64,000 nucleotides of DNA from Epithemia pelagica (GCA_946965045.2 OX337233.1:2232001-2296000), one strand, 5' to 3'. Positions 23,903-35,313 are shown, counted from the first letter of the stretch. Notes: generated from the sequence alone by a model not told the origin. A program made the numbers and translations.

Positions 23903-25306
23903 ATGACGGAATCGCTCTTTTCGTGTTATCACACGTGTGGACTCGAAGAAACCTTTCAAGTGACCTCGTTCGATCCCAATTCAAAAATTTGTATCGACGA
24001 CTCTCCGAAGATGCAGCAACGCGCTTCACTTTCACGACAAGCCGACCATCGGCATGGATCCGTCTCCATTGGAAGAGTACGTTCGGAAGAACGTTTGTTG
24101 TCTGGGGAAGAGGATCAACTTCTTCATGACCAATCTCAAGATCATCGCGAAGAATTGGAATTGAAAGAAAATTCGACCATGGATGACGACGAGGACAATA
24201 TCATTACAAAACAGGACGGAGATGCAGATTCTCCGGACGGTGCTGCACCGGCCAAGGCGGAACGAATTCACCGCCGTGCCATGAGTGACCCATTCGATAC
24301 ACCGATTTCGGATAACGCAATGGATGACCTTCGAAAATTGGAAGAATTGGCAGTTAAAGAACACGAGGAGGAAGTGGAGGCTGCATCAGCCGTGTTGGCG
24401 GCGCAACCCGAAACACCAGGTTCGCAGCATAGCCACCATTCACATTCCAAGCCGGCCTATCCAACCCTTCCACGATATCCGGTTGCTGCGACACGAGACA
24501 AGAATTGTTGGAGTGAACCGCCTATTAGCATTTTCTCGATTCGAGGAGCTAATTATTTGAAAGACAAGAAAAAGGTTCCTTCCAAAGATTATTTGTTTCG
24601 GGCCAGAGGGTGTGATTTGTTTTTGTTCGATGAAAGCATCAATGTGTTTGAAAGGTATGTCGTGACCGTGTTCCTTGTACATGAATTACTGGTCGGACAA
24701 TGTAACTCACAGTGCTTGTTTATCACGGGGATACTAAAATACTATTACAGAAGCACACAGATATTGCAGGGTCAGCTTCGGTCTCTTCCGACGCTCTCTA
24801 TCAATTTCCAGTTTCCTTGGGGTTGCATACTCCTATATTTTGAAATTCCTGAAAAGCTGTCGAAATATGTGAGTACTGGCAAGGTTCCTCTCGACTCCGA
24901 CTTGACAGTTGCTGAACGGGTTGTGGCGAAATGGATGCTCGGGGACACGAATTACAAAAATGAACGTCTCAAATTGATTTCCTACGTCGCCGAAGGTCCT
25001 TGGGTCGTCCGAAACATGGTGACAGGACGCCCCGCCATTATTGGCAAAAAGTTGCCCGTGTCGTACTCGACGTACTCGGCCGATCCTGCCGCAAATCTAG
25101 CACCCTTGCTTCAATGTACCTTGGATATTGGAAGTTCGAGCGCGACCGCCAAACGAATTGTCTCTGTGTGCCGTCGGTACATGAGTGCCTTGACGGTCGA
25201 TATTGGATTTGTGATTCAAGGAGATACTGTCGATGAACTTCCCGAACAAATGCTGGCGGCTTCTCGTATCCATGGACCTGATCCCTTGAAAGCACCCAAA
25301 TTGTAG
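23903..25306 (+). CDS. Protein with EDR2 C-terminal (DUF1336) domain, 1 intron
   Basis: WSEPPISIFSIRGANYLKDKKKVPS, RLKLISYVAEGPWVVR, RPAIIGKKL, LDIGSSS, DIGFVIQG...ELPEQML. In-frame 96-bp intron 24655-24750. Confidence 0.88.
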   Translation: MTESLFSCYHTCGLEETFQVTSFDPNSKICIDDSPKMQQRASLSRQADHRHGSVSIGRVRSEERLLSGEEDQLLHDQSQDHREELELKENSTMDDDEDNIITKQDGDADSPDGAAPAKAERIHRRAMSDPFDTPISDNAMDDLRKLEELAVKEHEEEVEAASAVLAAQPETPGSQHSHHSHSKPAYPTLPRYPVAATRDKNCWSEPPISIFSIRGANYLKDKKKVPSKDYLFRARGCDLFLFDESINVFERYVVTVFLVHELLVGQCNSQCLFITGILKYYYRSTQILQGQLRSLPTLSINFQFPWGCILLYFEIPEKLSKYVSTGKVPLDSDLTVAERVVAKWMLGDTNYKNERLKLISYVAEGPWVVRNMVTGRPAIIGKKLPVSYSTYSADPAANLAPLLQCTLDIGSSSATAKRIVSVCRRYMSALTVDIGFVIQGDTVDELPEQMLAASRIHGPDPLKAPKL

Positions 25307-25609
25307 GCAAAAAGTGACGGATGAATTATAGGATTCTGAAACGAAACAGAACTAGCCACAAGTTCTGTCGCATCGTCGTCTCTTAAACCTGATCCCTTGA
25401 AAGCACCCAAATTGTAGGCAAAAAGTGACGGATGAATTATAGGATTCTGAAACGAAACAGAACTAGCCACAAGTTCTGTCGCATCGTCGTCTCATAAACC
25501 TGATCCCTTGAAAGCACCCAAATTGTAGGCAAAAAGTGACGGATGAATTATAGGATTCTGAAACGAAACAGAACTAGCCACAAGTTCTGTCGCATCGTCG
25601 TCTCATAAA
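25277..25609. repeat. Tandem repeat, 3 x 111 bp, spanning the stop codon and 3' UTR of the DUF1336 gene
   Basis: Units start at 25277, 25388 and 25499 and are nearly identical (one T/A difference near the unit end). Confidence 0.97.
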
Positions 25610-25782
25610 AACTATTTTGTGCAATAGACCATCGAAGAAAACGAATGATAATGCAACAGTTGTATCTTTATCTTATTGTGAGATCCTCTATATTTGCATC
25701 TCAAAGGAAGGGCACATTCTTTTTGGACATTGTATATAAATTTCATAAGAGTAGCACATTGGGTCATATGGAAGTAGGAGTA

Positions 25783-27903
25783 TCAAGTATAGACGGAACT
25801 CATTGAGCGGCGGTGACCCTCGTCTTGGGAATTCAACATGGCTTCGGATCGTGGCTTTCCACCCATGCTTCTCCTCCGCTGCGGGGACACAAGCCTTCCC
25901 AAGCGTGAAATTGCGTTCCTGCGATTCCCATTTTCCACTGAGGAGGACGACGACATGGAGGAAAACGCACGCCGTCGAGCACGGTGCTTCCGTTCTTTCG
26001 TCTCTGGCAACGCTTGTTCGAATAGCTCAAAGGTTTTGTACATGTCTGACTCTGTCACCTCAAAGGTTTCCATCCCTTCTTCATCCACGGTAGCAAAATC
26101 GGTCATTACTTCCGTTTGTTGCGTACAAGCGTCGGAATGGTCCGTTGCGGGACTGGTGTTCTCGTTGCTTTTTTCACAGCGATCTTCATCCTTGTCCATT
26201 TTCCCCTTCTGGGGACCGTCCATGAGGAGGTCTTGTTGTTGTCGTATACGTTCTTCCTTGTGTTTTTCGGATAGAACAAGAGCCTTGCTCGCCATATGAA
26301 GCCAGGCAGTGCTAACATCGTTGAGGGACGACTTTGTCTTGGTTCGTATCTGCGATTCAAAGGGACAAGATTTCACAAAGAATACTTGACAACAAGTTGA
26401 CAAGTAACATCTATATGTACCATCGGATGATTTTTCCGCTTTGAGAATCCATCGCTCCATCACATAGAAACGATCACAAAAGGGAATATCCGCCAATGTC
26501 GTTTTCATTTCAAGAATACCAAGCTTCTTATTGACAAGCAACAATCGTTGTTCCTTAGTTGTGGTGGCATAGGGCGGTCCAAGAAACGAATTATTCGTCT
26601 TTGCTTGAAAGTGGAGCTTTCGAGTCAGAAATTCATCGTATTCAAGTTCGTGTGGGAAAGAACCAGTTGCTTCTGGGTGCAAAGACAGGGTTGTCAAAAT
26701 CTCCTCGTCCGTGGTTTTGGGAAAGACAGAGGACCAACTGCCGTACTCAATGTTTTTGTCGCCTCGCTTCTTTTGAAATTCCCTGTAGTTGTATGGGGCA
26801 TCATCGGCCAAAAATACTTCAAAGAAATGTTTGACAGAAAGACCCATAAATTCGTGTTTCTCAATAACGGGATGATCCAAAGGCGGATAGTGCACTTCTA
26901 TCCAGTTCTCATGGAGTCCATACTCGGCCATCGTAGAGAAGGTGTTCATAGTGGAGGTTGGCGCGAATGCAACCTCCTCGGTAGTGGTCAGTCTTTCTTC
27001 TTCATCTGTAGTGGGCACTGAAGGGGGAAGGGATGTTGGAGCCTCTGGCTGCCCTTTCCCTGGTTTCTCTTCTATTGATAGAATTGGAGTTGATATGTCA
27101 GGAGCGGATGCAGGGAACGACGACAACCGTCCTTCCTGTTCTGCAGGAGAATCGATTGTTGCTTCGCCCGCAGTGGTAGCTGTAGAGTCGGAGTAATACC
27201 CACAAAGACATTTCCGGAGCGGTCCTTCCACAAGAAAGTCGTAACCGGCTCCAACAGCTGTCGCCGTACTCAACGCAGTCAAAGCCCCTGCCAGGAACAA
27301 TAAAGGATGTGTCAATGAAATTGTCAAGTATATAACGGCTAGACCAAGAACTACTTCTTGTTCGGTAAGAAGGTTACTCCATGTCCGAGGTGAAAAATCA
27401 GAGGGATCAAAGTAAGCCGCCGAAGTCACAGAAGCATCATCGGCTTCCTTTTTGTTCAACCCCCAGTCAGGAAAGAACGATGAAGTCGGGCTACCCGTGG
27501 AGTTATTAGCCGAAGCTGTTGTGGCACCACTCAAAATGTCGCCCAGGGAAAAGCCAGAGGACGATTGTATGGCGCATCCTTCGTTGGACTCGCTTGGATC
27601 TGTCGGTGCTTCTGGTGCGGAAGCTATTAAATGTGCCGACTCATCGATTGCTGAAGAAGAAGAAGAAGTCAGAAACACAGTGGAAGGAACTTCCCGTGTT
27701 GCGCTATTGGTATCGTGGAAGAAGGGACCGTTCTCAAACTGAATTTCAACATGCGGCATATCACTGTCCGAGTCATCGGCCAAGGCCCAAGTGGATTTGT
27801 CTCGTATTGATGCAACAGCTTCTTCTTTTTGAAATTGCAACTGAGCTTCGACATTCACAAGTCGGCACTCATGGCTATTGTCCTTGACCATCATTTTCAA
27901 CAA
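25783..27903 (-). CDS. VASt (StART-like, Lam/Aster-type) domain membrane protein
   Basis: FFEVFLADDAPY..REFQKKRGD..IEYGSW, DIPFCDRFYVMERW, CQVFFVKSCPFESQI; hydrophobic segment before the domain. 5' end uncertain (ATG at 27894 or an upstream exon). Confidence 0.82.
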   Translation of the reverse strand: MLKMMVKDNSHECRLVNVEAQLQFQKEEAVASIRDKSTWALADDSDSDMPHVEIQFENGPFFHDTNSATREVPSTVFLTSSSSSAIDESAHLIASAPEAPTDPSESNEGCAIQSSSGFSLGDILSGATTASANNSTGSPTSSFFPDWGLNKKEADDASVTSAAYFDPSDFSPRTWSNLLTEQEVVLGLAVIYLTISLTHPLLFLAGALTALSTATAVGAGYDFLVEGPLRKCLCGYYSDSTATTAGEATIDSPAEQEGRLSSFPASAPDISTPILSIEEKPGKGQPEAPTSLPPSVPTTDEEERLTTTEEVAFAPTSTMNTFSTMAEYGLHENWIEVHYPPLDHPVIEKHEFMGLSVKHFFEVFLADDAPYNYREFQKKRGDKNIEYGSWSSVFPKTTDEEILTTLSLHPEATGSFPHELEYDEFLTRKLHFQAKTNNSFLGPPYATTTKEQRLLLVNKKLGILEMKTTLADIPFCDRFYVMERWILKAEKSSDGTYRCYLSTCCQVFFVKSCPFESQIRTKTKSSLNDVSTAWLHMASKALVLSEKHKEERIRQQQDLLMDGPQKGKMDKDEDRCEKSNENTSPATDHSDACTQQTEVMTDFATVDEEGMETFEVTESDMYKTFELFEQALPETKERKHRARRRAFSSMSSSSSVENGNRRNAISRLGRLVSPQRRRSMGGKPRSEAMLNSQDEGHRRSMSSVYT

Positions 27904-29016
27904 AACCGGAACCAGTATGGGTCACCAAAACACCGCCAACGCCAACAGGTTATGTAATGATGGGATTCGCTCTCTGTACAGGACTACTCAATTCGGTGTT
28001 ATCAGCAATAACACTTTGAGGAAAGGCTTCGCATCCCCAAGGGAGCATCTACAATCGCGGAGTCAAATTCTTGTGGCGACGAAAAGTTTCCACTCAATTT
28101 TTTTCTTTTGCTCTTGCCTTTTGAGCCTTTCTCTTCTTCCTCGTCGATGCTCACAATGGATTGTGTGAAAAGGGCATGGGCAACAGAAAGGAGCACCCAT
28201 GGAGGCAAAGGCTTCACAATTTTCGTTTCGTTGGAAAGGTTGAGACGACACGCCGGCTTCCCGTTGTCAGGGCTATTGTGATCAATAGATAGTGAATGTA
28301 CACTATCTCACAAACCCTTCGAAACCTCGTCGCTAACTCTCTCTGATTTCGCGTGCGCGGTCATTCAAGTTCCCAGGAGCAATAATCGAATATTATGATT
28401 TCTTAGCATTCGTGGTGAATATGAGAGTATTGCCTTTGTCCGAGAGCCAGGCGACTCGTGCGCGGAAATAGAAACAATAAATAATACTTAGGCTCGAGAC
28501 ACATGGTCCACGAAACAGGACATACAATAGAGCCGTGACCGTGACAGAATACAGAATCCGCCAATCGAGATTGAGAATTGGAAGACGGGTAAGGGGTAAA
28601 AAAATATATTATACCATGGTGATGATGGCACCACCAGAGTGACTTGACCATGCAGATGCAATATCAAGGCGAACAAGAATCCTGCCATACCACTTCCACG
28701 GCTCCAGAACAGAAGACCACCTTGAGACAATTGCCAATTGTATAAAGCGATCTCTGACCGAATTGCTATCACTGGTCTTTTCACACGCCATCGTCACCTC
28801 CTTCGACAAACAGAATCCTGCAAATGGCAAACATGCACCGTCATCAACACAAAACAAAACGCCGCCATGGTGCTCGTATAAGTCACGTCCGTCGTCGGAC
28901 GCTCTGCCCTACCAACGGTACTGTTGAGTCTACACTCACCAGAATTACCCCACCGGCACCAACCACGCGTCCATCCGTACATCTTTTTAGATTCCTCTTG
29001 AAGAGACTCTGCCATC

Positions 29017-30438
29017 ATGGCATTGGAAGAGGATAGTGGATTGGACAAATTGGATGAAGCAAAACATGAGGTAGATGAGATTCATCGCTTGCTGAGCATT
29101 TCGCGGCAAGCGACACCCGAAATTCTAGCGGCACCAAGGCCGTATACCAATATAACCAAATTGGATTTGCCCGATTGCGGTCTATCAGCCTTGCCGGATG
29201 GATTCGAGAATGCCTTTCCCAATCTCAGTATATTATTCTTGGCCAAAAACAAATTCCAACAAGTGCCGGATACAATTGGGAAATGTCCTCACCTGCAAAT
29301 GGTAGCCTTCAAGGACAATGGACTGCAATCGATTCATCCGGATGCACTACAGCCACAGCTACGATGGCTGATTCTGACAAACAATCAACTGCAAACCTTG
29401 CCCGATTCCATCGGGGAGCGTTGCCACAAGCTTCAAAAATGCATGTTGTCGGGAAATCAGCTCAAGGAACTTCCCGAATCGATGAAGCAATGTCACAACC
29501 TTGAGCTCATTCGTTTAGCATCCAATCAAATTTCTCAGGTCCCGATGGTCCTTCTTCGACACTGCCCTAAACTTTCATGGATTGCTCTTTCCGACAATCC
29601 CTGTCTGGATAGTGCGCAATCGTCGACTGGTAAACCTCTTACTGTGGTACATGACCTGGAGATTTCCGAGGAACATGAAATCTTGGGTCGTGGCGCGGGT
29701 GGCGTCACACGAAAGGTACATTGGAACGATCGCTATGTCGCTGTAAAGGAATACGGTGGATCCATGACATCGGATGGCTTGCCCCAGACAGAGCGGCGCT
29801 TGGCCTGTGCCGCAGCGGCCCTTAACTCGCCTGCCTTGGTCCAGGTATTGGGCGAAACCAAAGAACACGGTTCCTTGGTCATGGAATACTTGGATGGATT
29901 TGTGCCCTTGGCTGGACCTCCATCGATGGAGTCGTGCTCAAGAGATGTGTACGATATGACGACTTCCTCCATTGCCATGTCTGGAGAGCAGGCCGAAACT
30001 CTTATATCCAAATTATTGGAAGCCTTGGCGGCCTTGCATGCGTCGGGGATTTGTCACGGTGATTTTTACGGACACAATATATTGGTAGAATCGACCAATC
30101 CTGCCAATGTTCGATTGACCGACTTGGGAGCCGCCTTCTTTTACGACAAGGCAAGTCCTTCCGCTCCATACATTGAGCTGACCGAAATCCGAGCCTTTTG
30201 CATTCTATGCCAAGAAGTTCACCAACACTTTGTCGTGAACGGTACGTCCGCTGATAATAAGGAATCCAAGCTTTTGACGGACTTGATCCAATACATGCAA
30301 CAAGAGACCAAGATTGGAGAATCTGAACAAAAAGAGGAAGAGTCCCTCTTAAGCTTTGAGAAAGTACTGGTTTGGTGGAAACAAAAACAACTCGTCGCCA
30401 TGGCGCAAAAGTTTGACCCAGACGACGACGGTAGGTAG
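29017..30438 (+). CDS. Leucine-rich-repeat protein kinase (LRRs plus kinase domain)
   Basis: LRR units (LxxLxLxxNxL), then LGRGAGG, VAVK, HGDFYGHNIL and LTDLGAA. Confidence 0.9.
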   Translation: MALEEDSGLDKLDEAKHEVDEIHRLLSISRQATPEILAAPRPYTNITKLDLPDCGLSALPDGFENAFPNLSILFLAKNKFQQVPDTIGKCPHLQMVAFKDNGLQSIHPDALQPQLRWLILTNNQLQTLPDSIGERCHKLQKCMLSGNQLKELPESMKQCHNLELIRLASNQISQVPMVLLRHCPKLSWIALSDNPCLDSAQSSTGKPLTVVHDLEISEEHEILGRGAGGVTRKVHWNDRYVAVKEYGGSMTSDGLPQTERRLACAAAALNSPALVQVLGETKEHGSLVMEYLDGFVPLAGPPSMESCSRDVYDMTTSSIAMSGEQAETLISKLLEALAALHASGICHGDFYGHNILVESTNPANVRLTDLGAAFFYDKASPSAPYIELTEIRAFCILCQEVHQHFVVNGTSADNKESKLLTDLIQYMQQETKIGESEQKEEESLLSFEKVLVWWKQKQLVAMAQKFDPDDDGR

Positions 30439-30532
30439 CTCCAATGAACGTAAAAGATCCCAAATAGCGCATCAGTCACGTAGACAAATACAGCCTATCA
30501 TAAATGTCTCTAGAGAGTTCAGAACTATGTTC

Positions 30533-32101
30533 CTATAGATTCGATGGAATAAACACAGAGTATCCTGAGAGTGCAGTTGTCATTAGACAGCTGGATATTT
30601 GTGGATGCCAATGCACCTCCTTGAACTGTTCACTCCCGGAATGAACAAACAACAGTTGTGGGGGAATGGCATTCAAACCATTGTTCCTATCATCATTGTT
30701 GGATGTCGCCATACTTTCATCTTCTTCAACGGACAAGTCATAAATGTAGGCCCCCATGTCATCGGTCACGGCCACCATGGACTCATCTGTTGGATGCCAT
30801 TCGACCGAGGAAATGGGTGTTTTGTGAGGCGTAAATCGGGCCAAGGGAGCCAGAGGACCACCATTGCCTGAGAATTTGCGCAAGTCCCAGACACTCAGTA
30901 CACCATCATCACTCCCTGAGGCCATCAAATTAGTCACCAGACTGTTCCATGACAGAACATTAACATCAGAACCGTTTTGATGTACCTTATGGTTCAGCAT
31001 GGATCGTCCGGGTGCTCGGATATCAAATACACGAATGTATCCGCTACATTCGGCGGAAGCAAACACGGTAGCTTCCGAAGGCGACCATTGCAGATCCTCT
31101 ACCGAGGAGCCATGTTTTTTGTTTCGAGTCTTTTCGTTGGCCTTATAGGAGGGAGATACGGAATACCCACCCCCGCCTTCTTTAGGAGTCCACAAGTGAA
31201 TGTCACCATCACAGTCTCCAGTCAACAGTTGGCCTTGTTTCACCCTTGACCAGTCCAAGGCATATCCCTCGCTACGGTGTTTCCCGTAGCTAAAGAATGG
31301 CTTATCTGGCATCTCTGAAGGAGACTGCTGCAGCTTGGACATGGACTTTCCACTTGAAACGACAAATCTTTCAAGGAGAGTTTCAATGTTGAAGAGGTTC
31401 ACCTTACCCACATCACTCCATGTAGCAACAATGTTGGGTTGTTGTGGCATACAGCGTACTCTATTCACTCCTCCATCGTGTTTAATTGAGTAGTGTTCAG
31501 CCACTGGGTCCAAATCAATCTCATCGTCTGATTCGTCATCGTCGTCATCTTCCTTGTCGTCATCATTGTTGTCATATTCTTCTCCTAGAATGTCGTCCTC
31601 GTTTTCAACTTGAATTCTCGACAGATCAGAAAGTTTCAATACGGTTAGTTGATTGTTTTCTGCCGTGTCCGCTTGACTTCCCATAACAGCTGTTACGCAA
31701 TGAGGAAATCGTGTCCTATGATCACCAAGATCGTCGCGAACAAAATCAAACGACAATGAAGGCCATTCGGCCGTCAAACCATGGTGCATCTTGTAGGCTG
31801 TTGGATCCATCTCAAGCTCCTGTCCCTCTTTTAACCTCTCGCCGGTCAATGGATTCCAGCTTTGGATCACATCATACCCCGCTGCTGGACTGGAAGCTCC
31901 GTCATCTTCCACATCGTCCCATTCATCGTCGTCGCCTGCATCCACCACGTTTTCTTCTTCAATTTCTTCCACATAGGGATCCTCGAAGCGGAGATTGTCC
32001 TTGGTTTCTTCCGCCTCTTCCCCTTCCGAAAGACGCAGGGCCGGAGCTTCGCGTAGTTCCGGTTCTTGTCGAGTACGAGTGCGCTTGGACTTCTTTCCCA
32101 T
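30533..32101 (-). CDS. GRWD1: Glutamate-rich WD40 protein GRWD1/Rrb1 (ribosome assembly)
   Basis: ATG at 32101 (MGKKSKR). LEMDPTAYKMHH, EWPSLSFD, HDGGVNRVR, EGYALDWS, SVEDLQWSP, DVNVLSWN, PPQLLFVH, KEVHWHPQI. Confidence 0.93.
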   Translation of the reverse strand: MGKKSKRTRTRQEPELREAPALRLSEGEEAEETKDNLRFEDPYVEEIEEENVVDAGDDDEWDDVEDDGASSPAAGYDVIQSWNPLTGERLKEGQELEMDPTAYKMHHGLTAEWPSLSFDFVRDDLGDHRTRFPHCVTAVMGSQADTAENNQLTVLKLSDLSRIQVENEDDILGEEYDNNDDDKEDDDDDESDDEIDLDPVAEHYSIKHDGGVNRVRCMPQQPNIVATWSDVGKVNLFNIETLLERFVVSSGKSMSKLQQSPSEMPDKPFFSYGKHRSEGYALDWSRVKQGQLLTGDCDGDIHLWTPKEGGGGYSVSPSYKANEKTRNKKHGSSVEDLQWSPSEATVFASAECSGYIRVFDIRAPGRSMLNHKVHQNGSDVNVLSWNSLVTNLMASGSDDGVLSVWDLRKFSGNGGPLAPLARFTPHKTPISSVEWHPTDESMVAVTDDMGAYIYDLSVEEDESMATSNNDDRNNGLNAIPPQLLFVHSGSEQFKEVHWHPQISSCLMTTALSGYSVFIPSNL

Positions 32102-32338
32102 TTTGGTTGTGATCTTCAGGTGGAGATAGAATGAGAAATGCGAGACGGGAGAAGACTGATGGATGGATTTGACGGAAGGATACGACGGTCGAAGGACTGG
32201 CTCTTCTACGTCACATCCGGGTAATTGACGTGGTTTTGTCTTTTGTCGTTCCATCTTTCCCATCAATCACATCTCTATCTCATATCTCTCCCATATGTTT
32301 TCTGTTGCTGTCGGGGTGGATGGAATTGAGAGAGAAAC

Positions 32339-32881
32339 ATGTTTGTTCGAATCGTTCCCTCTATAGCGGCACGGAGAACAGCGGCAGTCAGGCCATTGGC
32401 AATTGGAAATTGGAACATTCTGGGCGTGCCAGCTGAACAACAAGGACAACAACCTCAACAACCAATATCATCACCACAACAGGTTCGGTGGCACGGTGGT
32501 CCATCGGTTCCGTCCGATGCACCCACGGTCCATGTGACATTTTTGCAACCCGATGGGGAAACTCGATCGACCGTAGATGCACGCATCGGAGAAACTCTGT
32601 TGCAGACGGCTCATCGACACGAAATCGATTTGGAAGGGGCCTGCGAAGGCGTCTGTGCCTGCAGCACGTGTCATTTGATTTTGCCCTCCGATTTGTACGA
32701 CCAACTTGACATTCCTAGTGATGATGAAGAGGATATGCTTGATATGGCATTCGGTTTGGAAGAAACAAGTCGGTTGGGGTGTCAGATCAAGGTTACGGAG
32801 GATATGGAGGGAGTGGAGTTTCGCATGCCAGCTGCCACTTGCAATTTTTACGTTGATGGCCATGTCCCCAAACCACACTGA
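32339..32881 (+). CDS. Mitochondrial adrenodoxin-type [2Fe-2S] ferredoxin (Yah1/FDX2-like)
   Basis: LEGACEGVCACSTCHLIL, DMLDMAFGLEETSRLGCQI; Arg-rich mitochondrial presequence ending VRWH. Confidence 0.93.
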   Translation: MFVRIVPSIAARRTAAVRPLAIGNWNILGVPAEQQGQQPQQPISSPQQVRWHGGPSVPSDAPTVHVTFLQPDGETRSTVDARIGETLLQTAHRHEIDLEGACEGVCACSTCHLILPSDLYDQLDIPSDDEEDMLDMAFGLEETSRLGCQIKVTEDMEGVEFRMPAATCNFYVDGHVPKPH

Positions 32882-33033
32882 GAGATTGTTAGTACTGGAA
32901 CGATTCAAGAGTAGAGACGATTCAAGAGAATCGTTATCTGCATCGCAATATCACGAATGCCACATGTACAAATGACATCATTTTTAGATCTCCGTCCGCA
33001 AAGGACTCTATTTGTTACCTCCAGTTAGCATTT

Positions 33034-33645
33034 CTAATCCACAGGTAGCCGTCGTTCGTGAATATAAATTAGATGCCACCCGAAATTCGTTTGAACGGGT
33101 CCCACCGTCGTTTGCATGGGTGTGGCAGGGTCGAAACACACTTTATCAAAGGGCGGTGCCATGGTGCCGGGTCCAAAACGGCCTAAATTTCCTCCACTAC
33201 TTTTCCCACTGGGACAGGCACTGTGTTTCTTGGCATGTTTGGCAAACAGCAACACGTCGGACTGAATTGCTTTTTGAAAGTCGAGTAATTTCTCCTTGGT
33301 TTCCTTGCTATGATCCATGATCAAAATATGGGAAGCCTCACAATACACTTTGCTGTCCTTTCCTCCACCACCTCCAAACAGAATATTGTACAAGTAGTAA
33401 AAGGAAAAGAATGCCACCGCCAATGACACGGGGCTAAAGGGAAGTTTTATTTGCCCATCTCGAAGTTGGATCTTTTGTAGATACCACGCTTTGGCGGCAT
33501 GTCGCTGGCGTTTCTCCGATGCAGTCTCATATTCATCCCCTTCGATACCTTGCCCCACATCAGCAGCAATCGATGAAGTTGCAATCAAGTTCACAACAGT
33601 GGCCAAAACCAAGAGGATATGAAAGCGTTTCGACGACATGGCCAT
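33034..33645 (-). CDS. Parvulin (PpiC-type) peptidyl-prolyl isomerase with signal peptide
   Basis: CEASHILI, FAKHAKKHSACPSGKSSGGNLGRF, MAPPFDKVCF, GPVQTNFGWHLI. Likely ATG at 33645 followed by a hydrophobic signal. Confidence 0.92.
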   Translation of the reverse strand: MAMSSKRFHILLVLATVVNLIATSSIAADVGQGIEGDEYETASEKRQRHAAKAWYLQKIQLRDGQIKLPFSPVSLAVAFFSFYYLYNILFGGGGGKDSKVYCEASHILIMDHSKETKEKLLDFQKAIQSDVLLFAKHAKKHSACPSGKSSGGNLGRFGPGTMAPPFDKVCFDPATPMQTTVGPVQTNFGWHLIYIHERRLPVD

Positions 33646-33677
33646 TGTGTTGACTTTTGCGCCCACAAATCCCCTGA

Positions 33678-33736
33678 ACGTCGAAACGCGACTGAACTCG
33701 CTCACTGCAGTCCCTCCATCGTCGGTTGTCAGTCGC
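33678..33736. repeat. Left copy of 59-bp direct repeat (probable target-site duplication)
   Basis: ACGTCGAAACGCGACTGAACTCGCTCACTGCAGTCCCTCCATCGTCGGTTGTCAGTCGC matches 50925-50983 at 58/59 positions. Confidence 0.95.
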
Positions 33737-33873
33737 ATTCATTTATGTTTTACGCTACCTTTGTCACTCGTCGTCCTACCCCTCCCCCACCTACTCCCCA
33801 CTCTACATAAGCCCGAAAAATTACTCTACTTGGATTTTTATTTTAGTGTATAAAAATTAGAATAGCCCAAACG

Positions 33874-33928
33874 AAAAAGTAGCACACCCAGGAAAGTAGT
33901 ACACACAGCGAAAAGTAGTACACCCAGG
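33874..33928. repeat. Three imperfect 17-18 bp tandem repeats
   Basis: AAAGTAGCACACCCAGG / AAAGTAGTACACACAGCG / AAAAGTAGTACACCCAGG. Confidence 0.8.
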
Positions 33929-33995
33929 AGAGAGAAAGAGAACAGGAACAGGACAAAGCGAACAAGAGGTGCACCAACGGAACAACACGAATCAA

Positions 33996-35313
33996 CCCTC
34001 GGTATCAGTGTCCACTGCTTAGCTGTTTTTTGTCTGTGCCACCTTCACAGGTTCCCAAGTGGACACAGACAGCATTTTTCGCTTTTGATGCATATAGAAA
34101 TTATCAAATTGCAAATTGGCACGCATGCCCAGCTGAACTTTTCGACGTTTGAAACGGACGCAAGCCCAGCAAGCGTCCCCTGCGTGGATGACGGTTGGTT
34201 GTTGCATAATTCGGGGCAAGCTCACAATTCTCTTTTCTTTTGCCAAAGCACATCGTACTTACTGCTTACGAATGTTACTGGCTTTCCAGGTGAGCTTGAT
34301 ACATTGCCAATTGCCATGTTGTCAATGACATCACTCATGCTCACTACCAATTGCCACTTTTGTTTGCTCTGCTCGTGGGAGACGCTACTCATCTGTTTAG
34401 TCGCTGGGCAGCTCATTACTCTCATTGTTCATTCTTGTCGAACAGAAATGACTGGTTTTTGCTGAGCGCCATAACTTTGATTGCATTAAAAAAACTCTAT
34501 ACTCTAGACATTCTTTTGTTTATTTACTACCTAGTAGTAGAACGCCAGTGCTTGTCATCCATGAGACTTTTGAGCCTTGTGAATTCGTTGCAGCTTTGTT
34601 CTTTGTTGTGAGCACGACGATGACCCTCAGTTTTGCTATGAAAACACAACAGAACAGCTCTCACAAGCTTGTACCGCTCACTTTGAGCACTCTGTGTCGA
34701 CTACCTAGGTAGGATATGATAATTGGTCAGTAGGGTGTGGCAAGATGGCTTCCCATCTATTTGATGCAAAAACAACATCGTTGAGAAATGATTGAGAATG
34801 ACGCTATGATGAGAGACGAGAGAGAATAATCTATCCTATAGAGCATATGACAGTAGCCAAAAAACAATCAAACAACAAACAATTACGGCAAGGAAAAGAT
34901 ATTCCAGTTGACATCTGGCGGCTTGTCATCTACTCGTACGAAATGAGACAAAAGTAAAGGATCATGCAAGAACAATAGGAAAGACAGCTGCAGCAGTCAT
35001 GCGTGAGAAAAAGGGAAAAGAGACAACAAGATAAGTACTCACCCACGTCATGGTCAAGCATTTGGCTCGGTCTTGGGTTTTTGTGACAGGTGTCGAGATG
35101 ATGATGGATGCCCAAATTTGAATCGTGGTGACCCGGCGAGGACAACCACCAACCGTCAGCTGTCACTTGCACGCTGGCCTTGCTTCAACCCTGAGGAATT
35201 TTAATGGTTAGACAGACAGACGAAAAACGAAAAATGCTGTCTGTGTCCACTTGGGAACCTGTGAAGGTGGCACAGACAAAAAGCAGCTAAGCAGTGGACA
35301 CTGATACCGAGGG
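33996..35313. mobile_element. 1.3 kb segment bounded by 86-bp inverted repeats (possible non-autonomous DNA transposon)
   Basis: 33996-34081 is the reverse complement of 35228-35313 with 1 mismatch. Ends are CCC...GGG with AA on both outer sides. No recognisable ORF inside. Confidence 0.55.

Noticed and set aside
28400-29000. Short minus-strand ORFs between the VASt and LRR-kinase genes
   Set aside because: No coherent spliced model or domain could be built.
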